Part shown: positions 9,486-21,400 of the stretch, in pieces | How positions within the stretch are numbered: position 1 is the first letter of the stretch | Layout: each line of letters begins with the position of its first letter | DNA from: an uncultured virus (IMG/VR IMGVR_UViG_3300020337_000002) | Taxonomy: Duplodnaviria; Heunggongvirae; Uroviricota; Caudoviricetes | IMG/VR virus record: IMGVR_UViG_3300020337_000002 | Strand: one strand, 5' to 3' | DNA length: 64,000 nt | Made by a program: the position numbers and the translations under genes | Notes under the pieces: generated by a model | The model's input: the letters and a program-made list of their open reading frames with translations, nothing else | What the model was told of the DNA's origin: nothing | Database searches by the model: none

Positions 9486-12400
9486 TAGGTAACGTCACCT
9501 CTTTGTTCCTTAAGAACCTTCCAATGTCATTTTCTTGCAATCTCAATGGAGTTCCTGAGTCAGTCCATGTTTTACCAATGCGTCTAACCACCGTTATCCT
9601 GGTGTTAATCGCTGGTGTATCAGTTAGTGTTACTACTGGATTGACTCCATCAACACTAAATTCTGCTGGTAATGTAGAATCTCCCTCTGGACTGTCCAAA
9701 TCAGTGATTGGATTGAAGGAACTTATCGCATTTTTGCGTAATCTACGTCCACCTACAAAAATTTCAAATTCATTTACGTTGTTTGGTGTAAAGTCTACAG
9801 TTACAGCTCTAGTTGAGCCATCTGCTGTAAACGTTTGTGTTCTAGTTTCATCTTTATACGGTACAGTCTGGTAAACACTCTGATCAAGCACCTGTGCTCC
9901 TGCTTTGTGTATCGTTTTGATACCTGTTCCTAGTGTACCTCTGCGTAATTGTCTTAAAGTACCATCTTCTTTTAAGTAATATTCAATACGTTCTCCACCA
10001 ATGAATACAATACCTGGAATACCTCTATCTCTGTTTGGATTAGGTAAAGTATCTGCATTAGTTACAAATATCTTAGTATCGTACCAGTTTAAGTTTTCTG
10101 CTAGTGTGTACTCTACATTATCACCTAAACGTTTAAAGTGTGTTCTGTTTAACATATCTTTGAATTGTCTGTAACCAAACTTACCAACTATTGTACTGTT
10201 TGAGAAGTGTATCAACTCAAGACTATCATTAGCCGCAACATCTATTACCATTCTAATTGACTGCTTATCATCTTGTAAGTAATAATCAACACTTGGTGTT
10301 AACAATGTTCCGTTTTTAGTAATCCAAACATATTCAGCATCAATGGCCGCTTTACGTAATTTAATAATTCCATTTGTTAACTGATGGTATTCAGCATAAT
10401 TATCTGTACCAACTGTTACAGGATTTCTAGTAACAACATCTAAGTTCATTCTTTCAATTTTTCTAACATCATGATTAGTTAATTGATAAACTGTTACACT
10501 TTCATTATTAGCTGGAGCAGTACCAAGATAAACTTTATCTGTAGTTTCAACCCATAATCCGTTACCATCTAAGTAACCAAATGCATATTCACCATTGTCA
10601 ATTACATAAACATCTAGCACGTCACCGTCAACACCTACATCTGCAAAAAGATTTACTGTTGCGTTAAATGTATCCCAGTTCCAACTTTGTGTAAGAGTTT
10701 GTTCTACTCCATTTAGGAATACTCTTACTTGGTTAGCACCTACACCAGCTTGATTAATTTGATAATCTCTTAACTGGTATTGCCTGTTAGCTGTTGTTAT
10801 ATTAAATGACTGATTGTATCCTGCTCTTAATATCTTGTTTCCAACTTTAACAATTACATTATGTTCTAATGGTTTTTGATTCAATGGTGTTTGTGCAAGT
10901 GTAAACACTTTATTTGTTCCATCGCCTGTAAATGTATCTGTTGCAATTTGTGAGAATGATTTACTTGCACTATCAAATATTGCATATTGTATAACTGAAT
11001 TATCAGCTGGTGCTGTACCCATCTTAAATACGCACAATCCTTGTCCAACATTATAAGTTGCATCTGTTTCTGCCATGTCAACGTTTACTGTTCTTCCATC
11101 AACAGTTAAGAAGAAACTTAATGTAGATTTATATTTTATAGGAGTAACAAATTGTGCTGTTGACCCGTCACCTGTAAACTGATCAACATCTAGTATATGC
11201 TCACCGTTATTACTCATTGTAATAATGTGTACCTGTTGCTGATCTCCTGGAGCAGTAGTTAACTTGATTTTTTTATTTTGGTAGTCTACTGTAAATTCTG
11301 TATCAGATAAAATAGTGCCATGTACTTTTATCCATACATCCTTTTGACTCATCGGAACATAATTAATATCAAAGTCTTTGTTTGTTCCGTCACCTAAATA
11401 GTTATAACTGTGTAACACACTTGAACCATCTCCAGTTCTTTCATATACTTTAATATCAAGTGTATCTAATACCTGTCCTGGAACAAGTTCCTCAGGACCT
11501 TTTGATGTTAGTGGAGTAACAAACCCATCACCATCAACGACAATTTCTTCTGCTTTAATTCCTCTAGCACTTTCATAAGCTAGATTACCACCTTGTAATA
11601 ATGTGTCATAACCATCTGGATCTGGAATAAATGATCCATCGCTTGATGCTTTTCTAATTACAATAACATCATTTGCTACTGTAGGAATTAGTGTTTCGTC
11701 TAATTGAACTGAAGTTTGTCCTGAACCTGTAATCGGTAGCATAACTGCATTAGGATTATTGGCTGTTCCAATGCTACTTCCGTCCCATGTATCGTCATCA
11801 ATTCTTATTCCGTTTTTGTATACATTATATACTACACCATTTTCTAATGGTTTAGCAAGTGCAAATACATTTGTACTTCCATCAAGTGTAAACACTTCGT
11901 CTTCGTAGGTATTATCATATGTGTCCCAAGTAGTAGTGTAATAAGGATCACTTGACCAACCTGTTCCAGAACCAAACGTGAAACTCTTAACTTCAATTCC
12001 ACCATAGTCAACACCGTCCATTAACTGCGAAACATCATTACCTAACATTCCTGTTGTTGGACTATAAAATAAGTTAATCCTATCCTGTGCTTGTAGCATA
12101 TCAATAGACTTAGAATACTTAACAACAATCGCTGAACCCGTTGCTGGTGGTTCTGTAAATGTGATGCGACCTTTGTGTCTTACATAAGACTTGTCTGTGT
12201 ATTCTATATTGCTAACTGCATATTCACTCTGTAAACTTTCAACTCCTGCTACTGTAATTTCAACCTGTGTAGTTCTCAAATCCATTGGAAACTTAAGATT
12301 GAAAGTTGTTTGACTACCAGTACCAGTAAAGTTTTCTGTTTGTGATAATGTTGTAATTAAGAAAGTTCCAGTTGTTCTATCAAATCTTGAAACGTGATGA

Positions 12401-15400
12401 ATACTTCTTACTTTGCTATTTCCTATTTCAGCTGTTATTGTAGCTACACTATAACTTGATTGATTCTGTGTACCGTCAATAGTAATAGTTGGAGCAGATA
12501 AGTATCCAGATCCTGGATTTGTAACTGTAATATATTTTATCGATCCGCCACTACCAAGTGTAGCTGTTGCCTTAGCACCTGTGCCGCCACCGCCACTAAA
12601 TTTAATCTGCGGAACTTCTAAGTATCCTGAGCCACCGCTTTTAATATTAACTTTGGTAACTTCAAACCCAACGTTGTCTGCCCAGTATTTGTTAGGATAG
12701 CTTGTAATATTTGCATCTTGTCCATATATTAAATTATCTTTAACTTTTAAACTTGCAGGAACAATTTTACCATCGTCAACACTGAAAGCTGGTGGCATAT
12801 CAAAATCTGTTACGCCTGTGCTAGTTGGATCGGTTTTTGTATAAGAACTTATATATTCTCTAACCTTAGTTTTATAAGGTTTAGCTTCTTCAACAAATTT
12901 TTCATAACTTGGTAAGCTATCATTTTGGAAAGTAATTTTCTGTTGTAAATCACCAGCATTATGTTTTGCTTTTAAGAAACTAGTTTTAAATGCCCAATCA
13001 ACACTAGGTTGTTCTGCAAAAGCATAACGCATACTTGCAAAGAATAGGTTATTGTATTCAACAGCAAGAGTGTTTATAAAGATATGATCTCGTAACCCTG
13101 TTAAAATATTTCTTAATTCAAGAGTTGGTTGATCATCGTAAAATGAAGTATCATAACTTAATCCATCGTAACCAACATTACTATTTGCTGGATTATACAA
13201 TGCTGTTTTTAATTGTATAGTTCCGTTCTCTCTACCTACTGTTTTATATTTTGTAGTGTAGTCGGCTCCGTCATTACTAATCTTCTCAAGTAGTAACCAA
13301 CCACCTGATCCGATTGTAGATATTTTAACAATATCTCCTATAGTATCTGATAATCCTTCTAGCTCATATGAGTAGTCAACTAGGAAATCTACTTCAGTAA
13401 ATTCACTGTAACCTGTGTCATACCAATCTGCATAGTCCCACCAGTTAGTTGTATCATAGCTTGAACTTGAAGTTCTTTCCCAAATTTTAGTTAAATTGTT
13501 ATAGGCATATATTGCCCACTTGTTACTAACTGTTTCGTCTACACTAACTAGTACACTATATTTTCTTATTTCTAAACCAGTTGTCGTTGCATATCCTGAT
13601 CCTGAATTTTTAACAGTTGCACTTGTTACTGTACCTGCTGTATTAATTTCTAGAGTTACTTCTGCACCCGAACCATTGCCTACATTACTAAATGTATATG
13701 TTGGAACTGTTGTATATCCTTTACCTCCATTTGTAATTGTTAACCTGTCAAGTTTACCATTCACAAACACTGGTGTTATTACTGCTGGAATAACATTTGA
13801 TATTCCTACAAATCCTAGTTCAGCATGAGTTGTTACTGACTTATCAAACTTTCTACTTAATAAAGTAGGTATTGCATCTTTGCTTAAAAAGTTTGTTAAA
13901 TTATATTCATCAACAATTAAGTTTTTCTTTAATACGTCGTTGGCTCTTTCAACAGTTTGTTTTAGAGCTTCAACACGATTCTTAAACATACCTTGTCTTG
14001 GTCTGTCTAATATACCATATCTTTGTTTTTCACTTAATATTGGATCTGGAACTGGTCTGTCATTTTTATCAACACCAATTAAACTATCGTACCATTTGCG
14101 TTCTAGTTCTGCATTAGGCGTACTAGTGTCTAGTCCTTCAGATATAATCTGATACTGATTGTGTGCATTAATGTCTTTGTTATCTATCTTCCAATAACGG
14201 AAGTTAATAGCATTATCTGGACCACTTACTAATGATTGACAGTTGTATAATCCAAACCTGTTATTGGAATACATGGCAACAAATTTTTGTCCTTGTGCCG
14301 CTGGATCTGTAATCAACTGTGAAACATCATAAGCTGAAGTTTTTCTCCACTCTAGTGGTGGAATAATTTTCTTGTTCTTGACCCAATAGTAATACTTGTT
14401 AAAGAATCCTTTAGACACTTCATCGTATTTTTGTATTTGTGTAAATTCTGTTAAACTTCTAGGAGTACCACTTATACCTTTAACTAGTCCTTCTTCTGTA
14501 TCTGCTAATGCTGTCCAAGCCGTTGGAGATAATTGTGTTTCTACCCACTCGTATACATCAATACTTGCACCTGTAAATAATCTATTCCAGTTTGCAGTAT
14601 TGTAAACTATGTTTCCTTGATAAGGATTTACAAATTTAGCTGTGCTTATATCCCACCATAACTTACCAACATAACTATCAGCCCAATAGTTTTCTGGATC
14701 AATTACTGTGCTTGGTGATGCTGTACCTGTTGTGTAAACAGCAGGATCATAATGTGTTTTATAAGTTAATTCTTCTTCTGCCGCTCCTGCAATTTTTCCT
14801 TGTATAGGATCAATATAATCAATTGTTTGCGCCTTAGGATTAGAAGTTATGTTGTAAATGAATACACCTTTAAACTTACTTAGATCAACTTGCTCTGAAG
14901 GATTACGTAACTCTTGCCAAGGTTTAATTCCTCTTGTTGATTTGTAATCTAATAACGTTCCAATGTAGTTATTGTCTGTTACAGAAAGCTCTGGCATCGG
15001 TACATATACATGGTTCTCATTAAACAGCAAGTACTCACCGAATCTTTCTGTAGAAGCATTTTTATAATTAAACTTCTCTGAATAAAGTAATTTGTTTTTA
15101 ACTTTCTGATACATGAACACTTGTCCACTATCTGCATTAACACTTTCAAACTGTGTTAAGTTATTATCAAATGTAGTTGTTAGTGTGTCAAAAGATGTTG
15201 ATGTTACAAGATCACCACCTTTAGAACTTACTATTAAATCGTTACCTTCAAAGTCTAATGATGCACCAAATCGTTCAGCAACATCATTTTCAGGACTGTA
15301 TATCACCTGTGTATTTGTAAACGTACCAGCACTACTTGTATAAAGATAAACTTTACCATTGTCGTTTGAACGAGTATCGTCTAGTGGAGCACCTACGGCT

Positions 15401-18400
15401 AACATATCTCCGTCATCGTTAAGGCTTACTGATGTTCCGAAGCCAACACCTGTTGCAGGAGCAGTAATCATCTGTGAAAAATCATAATGACCATTGTTTA
15501 ATCTGTAAATTATTATCTTAGGATCACTATCATTAAAGTCTGCCACAGTTGCAATCAAGTCTCCGTATTTGCTAATTGCAAACGGATGTGCGTAATTTGT
15601 TAATGTGTTTTTGTCAAATGTGCTGTCGTCACTAACTGTTAAACTTGTATCATTAGGAACATAACCTATATAATCAATAGTTGAAGTTAAGAGTGTCCAG
15701 TATGTTATACTAAAAGCACCTGGTGTTAAGTTAGTTGTTGCCTCATAGAAGCTACCTTGATATAAAACAATATCATTAGTATAATAAGATAATGTGGCAT
15801 CATACTCACCTTTGAAGTTTAAGTTCTTACTTCTTGCCCACTCGTAAACTGTACCATCTGAATCTGTACCATGGTTAACAAGGTGTATTCTACCACTGTT
15901 ACTTACAGTACCGTCTCCAGGAGCACTTATGAATACTCTATAAAAAGTATCTAGTATATTAGATTTAGTTATTTCAATTTGAGTACCTAAGTTACGATTG
16001 TTATCTCTTTGTGGATTAGTGTAACCATGTTGGAAAGAATATAATCCAGTACCCATTCTTTCATATACAAAGTATACACCCTCGTTACTGTATGAACTTG
16101 CTACACCAGTTTCATCTGCTTTGATTGCCGAAACCTGTATCCAATCTTTATTAAGTGGATTAGGATAGTTTGGTGTTCTTGCAACACCACTTACTGTTCT
16201 ATTATTGTAAACTTGAATCTCAACTTCGTTTCTAAACGAAGGTGTTGTTACAGGTAACTGTGTTGAATCAGTAAATCTAACAACAACTAGTTTACCTGTT
16301 GTGTTACTTGACTGGTCAGTAGCATCTAGTCTTCCTGACAATCTATCAATACCAGCACTTACACCATTTTTAATTGCAATAGTACTTGTATCAGCATTTA
16401 GGTTTCCAAACTTAAACGCACCTGTTTTATTTTTAATGTAAAGTCTACAATCTAATAATTGTTCCTGTAAATATGCCACGTAGGCTTCTGCACCTGTTGT
16501 TTGATCAACGATTGTGTCGCCTACTTGTGGAATAAAAGGATTACCTTGGTTATCAAAATTTGTAAATGTTACATCAACGTAACCGTCCCAAAGATCATAA
16601 ACTTCATGTCCAAGTGCTTGATTAGTGTAAGTTAAATTTAAACCTAATGTTGCAGGATCAAAAACAGTACCTAAACTGTTTCTAATCTGATTAACTTCCA
16701 TTTTAAAAGTGTCACCAACAGTTAAAGTATCTGTCCAAGCCTTTGGACCTCTAAAGAACCAGTAAGGACTTAAATCAGGCATACCTTGTTTGTTGTAGAA
16801 ACTTAGATGTCCTAACTTACCGCCTTTGGTTGGATCTGTTATTTGATTTAGTGCATACACATCATCCATTGTGTTGTAGTATACTTCAGGACTTTTACTT
16901 TCCTGTGTTGTAATAATATCTTGCACTACAAATTGTGGAGTAGTAATATCTTTAACACTTGAAGTAAATGCTGTTAAGCCTGAAACCTTCCACCAGCCAC
17001 CAAATGATGCCGCGGAGTTTAAAGGATTAACTGCAACATAAGTTCCCATTGAAACTGAACCTATCTGTGCCGATCCACTGTCAGTAAACTGACCATTTGA
17101 ATCTTTAATATAAATTGTTGCTTGGTTTACGTTTTCAACGTGAATGTAATCAACTATACCTATTGCTGTAGCTGTTGATATAGTTTCGCCAACAACAGGA
17201 GTTCTTAATAAGTTATCAAAGTAAAGTATTGCATCAACTTTACTTGCAATAGTTTTGTTGCCTTCAAATTGTGCTACGCCTGGTCCGTTACTACCAAATG
17301 GTAATATTCCGTTTGGATAATTTTGCGAATACTGTTTCCAGTTTAATACAAGTGCATCACCAACAGCTGATCCTTCATACTGAGCCGTTGGAGCTCTAAT
17401 AAGCATATGATCTGTTGGAACATTAAAGTTGTAATTTCCTCTTATAGCATATACTACGTTTGGATAAGCTGTTCCATTCCAACTTGCTTCGGCAATATCG
17501 GCAGTATCATAAAAACTGTTAAATGTTAATGTACCTTGTGCCGCCGAAATAGGAAATTGTGCTTCCCAGAAATTTTCTTGGTAGTTTACAATGTCGCCCT
17601 TGGCATAACTTTGTGATCCACTAAAGTTTCCACTAAATTTAGTTTTTAAATTACTTGCCTGCGGTGCACCTACAACTAACCATTTGCTATCTCTTGATAG
17701 TGCTAGTCCTGTACCAAACTTACCGTTACCTGTGTATAACCCTGTTGGAGCAGTAATAGTCTGTGCGTGTTGGTATTGTCCTCCATCACTTGTTCTTTGA
17801 TAAACATAAACTTTGTTTGATTCAGAAGCACCTACCATTAATGTTGCGTTTCTTTCATCACAAGCAATTACCTTACCAAAGTTTGTACTTGCATCACCTG
17901 TTTCAACATTTGATATAACTTGATGTTGCGAGTGTGTTGGATTATTTTGTAGAACTACCCAACGACTGTTGCTATCGTCATCAACCCATATAGTTTCGCC
18001 TACTTTTAGTTGGCTATTAACTAATCTTGTGTTAGCTTCTTCTAAAGATGCTACCCTGGATGAAACAAAGTGAGTAACAAATCCAAAGTTAGCTGATGGA
18101 TCTTGTGCTTCTGCTAGATCTGGTGTGACACCATTTGCATAACAAACGATAGTACCCAAGACACATTCTTTTACTTTATAAAACTTCTCGGCGCCAGGGG
18201 CATCAATAATTCCAATAATATCATCAGCGGCAAAAGTAGCCATTTGTCCTGCTTTTAAGGCAAATGTAGTTGTACCTGCATTGGTATCTGAACTAATTGA
18301 TTTAAGTTGGAAATCTGTACGTGTGTATTTTAATACGTCCCAGCTTGTAGTTGATTTACCAGTACCAGTCCATATATAATCACCAATGTTATAGTTAGTC

Positions 18401-21400
18401 AATGTTAAGGCTAATATATCATCATACGTTGCTACTTGTGATTTAACATCTGCAGAATTTACGTATCCTGCTGTTTGAATGTAATCAACATCTTTATATT
18501 TTGTAGGGAATGGTTTATGGTCGTAGCCGTCTGGTTTTAAATAAGTTTCAAACGGTCTTTGTCTATAGATTAAATCTGTTTCTTGTCCTGTTATAGAACT
18601 TACAAGTTCTACAGGTTGAGGAGTTAATCTAAATTTAGCTTCGTCTAACTTGTATTCAACTTCGTCAAAGGACTGTGATGATCCTAGTTGGCCAAGTCTC
18701 ACTGCCCATTCTTCATAGAACTCTACACTATCCGTTGTAGTATTTGATAATGCATCAAACAGTTTAGTTAGTGAATTTTTTGTACCCTTGTCTTGAATAA
18801 ATCCTTGATAGAATTTGTACTGTGAAACATCATCATTAATAATATTTTCTAAGTATTGACGTTTTTGATAACCAATTAGATGTTGTGCAACTTTTTGTTG
18901 ACCTTCATCAAAGTTATCTGTGTCTAAGTCATAAAAGTCACCAAACTGTTTTGCTTTATAGTCTAGGTTTGCAATCAATCCAGACTGTGGTTTTGTACGT
19001 AAACGTTCCCAGCTAGACTCATCAAAAATTTCTGATCCGGGTACTTTTACTTTTGCAACATAATAAAATTCTTTATACTTAACTGTATCGCCAAGTGCGT
19101 AATCTGTCCATGTATCCCATTCAGTAATCTTAACATCATCAAAAACAAATCCTGGAATATTAAATCCACCAGTCCATTGATCAGTTCTATATCCTAATAC
19201 CTTAATTCTTTCTTGTCTATATCCTGGTTCTAAATCATAAATGTAATCTTTGAATACAGTGGTGTTGTCAAGTAATACAACGTGTTCAACTTGTATTAAA
19301 GGAATCTTAACAGCATAGATTCCATCTGCTGTATTCTTGGTAGTAATTTCCATATAGTTGTCGTTATCTCTATATGTGTTTACAAATGCTTGTAATAACT
19401 TTTTACCATCTGCTTTGAACATATTGTAACCGTAGAAGTTATCAAAAATATTATCTGCAACATGATTTTCTTTGTAAAAACAAAGTTTGTTAGCACCTGC
19501 ACTTAAAGTTATAACACTATTCTCTGCCCAGTTCTGTGTAGTCCAGAACATAAACTCTCTTGCACTTAGGCGCCAATCTTCAACTTGGTTTATTTCTGTG
19601 TTGTATTGTTCAAACTTAAACCCTTGTGCATTTAGATATCTTTCATATCCTAATAGAAAATCAACAACTCCTTGTATAGTCCTAAACATAGTACCATAAG
19701 CTAACTCTAACGGTTCGTCGTTGATTCCTTCATTCCATTGTTTATGGAATATTGCTGTTCTTCCTCCTGTTGTAGGTAGTTCAGCTAATTTAACAAATTT
19801 TGATTGGTCAAAATTATCACCAGCAACGTGTTGTGTTTCAGTCATATAATATTGACTTCCAAACTCAACAATTAGCCCTGGGCTATAACTTTGTCCACTT
19901 GACCAAGTTACAAAACTTTCTGTAACTCCGCCGACCCTTGCTACCGGATCATCTGCAAGTTCAACAGGTGAATAGTATTTGAAGTAAGGGTTATTATAGT
20001 TGTATCCTCTAACAATAAATCCAGCGGCAACTTTTTCTATAATTACACCACTGTATGGAATAAGATCAATTACGCTACTCTTATTAAGAAATACTTGATA
20101 GTTTTCTTCTGGAACAAAAACATTACCTTCATTATAAGGAGTTCTTGAATCTAGTGCTAGTTTAAATTTAGTTTTTTCTGTATATCCACCAATCTTTAAT
20201 CCTAGTTGGTTGGTAACATTTTTTAGATCAGTTTTGAATTGTGAATAATACTTAATTGTTTTGCTGTTCATGTATTCAGCAATATAGTTTACAAGTCCTG
20301 ATGTAGTTACTCTTGTTGTATCCTGATCCGTATTAGGAAATACTAAATCTTCTAATCTAAGTCTTTTGTTAGTTTCACTATAGATAACTTCTTTAGCAGG
20401 ATTACGTTTAATTCTTGCTCTATCATATCCTAGTCCTATAATTTTAGTTGGTTGGTTAAGCATCCAAGCTATTATTAATGCAAATGGATATTCAGAACTT
20501 CTACGCCAAGCAGTTTCAGTAGGTGATTGATCACCAAACACAAATGGATTTTGTGTTCTGTTACTAATGTAATCTTTTGCATAGTTTGAATCCAACGGAC
20601 TTAATAAGTTACCACCATCGTCAACTGGAATGTGCTTTGTTAAATTAGTTCTAGCATAGTTGCTATTATAAGTTACAGGTTGTCCTGGAATTCTAATTAC
20701 ACCATCTTCAAGATCTTTCCATAAAATTTTATTTTCACTTGTATAAGGAGCCGCACCGTAAACTGTATCCCACCAAGTTGGTTTTAAACTATATCCTAAC
20801 ATTTCCCATGGATGGGTATGAGGACGATCAGTATCATATGCTTCTTTGTATACTGCTCTCCAGTATCCTGCATTTTGTTTTCCGCTTGGGCTATTAGTAC
20901 TGCTATAGTTGTATGTAAAACTATTTGATCTAGTCCAGAAGCTATAGTCTGTGTAATCCGGACTTCCTAGTAAATTACTCCATTCTATAAATTCAGATAA
21001 TAGTGCTTTATCTCTTGAAGCTCTAGTAAATCCTGTATCTCTAGTTTCTCCGCCAATGTATTCGTGTATGTTAACCATAGTAGCATCATAGTCAACTTTA
21101 ATATTATTGTAAATTCTTTTTTCTAGTTCAAGTAATAAGTCGTCTCTGTAATCATTATAAGCAACAAATATATTTCCATCATGCCCTTGGATAACATTAA
21201 CCGGTGTTTGGTATGTTGTATCTGAAAACTTTTGAGGAACAAATTTAGGATACAATCCTAACTTGGTCGGTGTAGGTGGAATATATGATCCATCAGTATT
21301 GCTATATTCGTATATGTCAATAGTATCTCCGATAACCTTAGTTTTTGTAATAGTTACAAATCCACTATAGTTTGCTTCAAATATGTAATCAGTTCCTTCT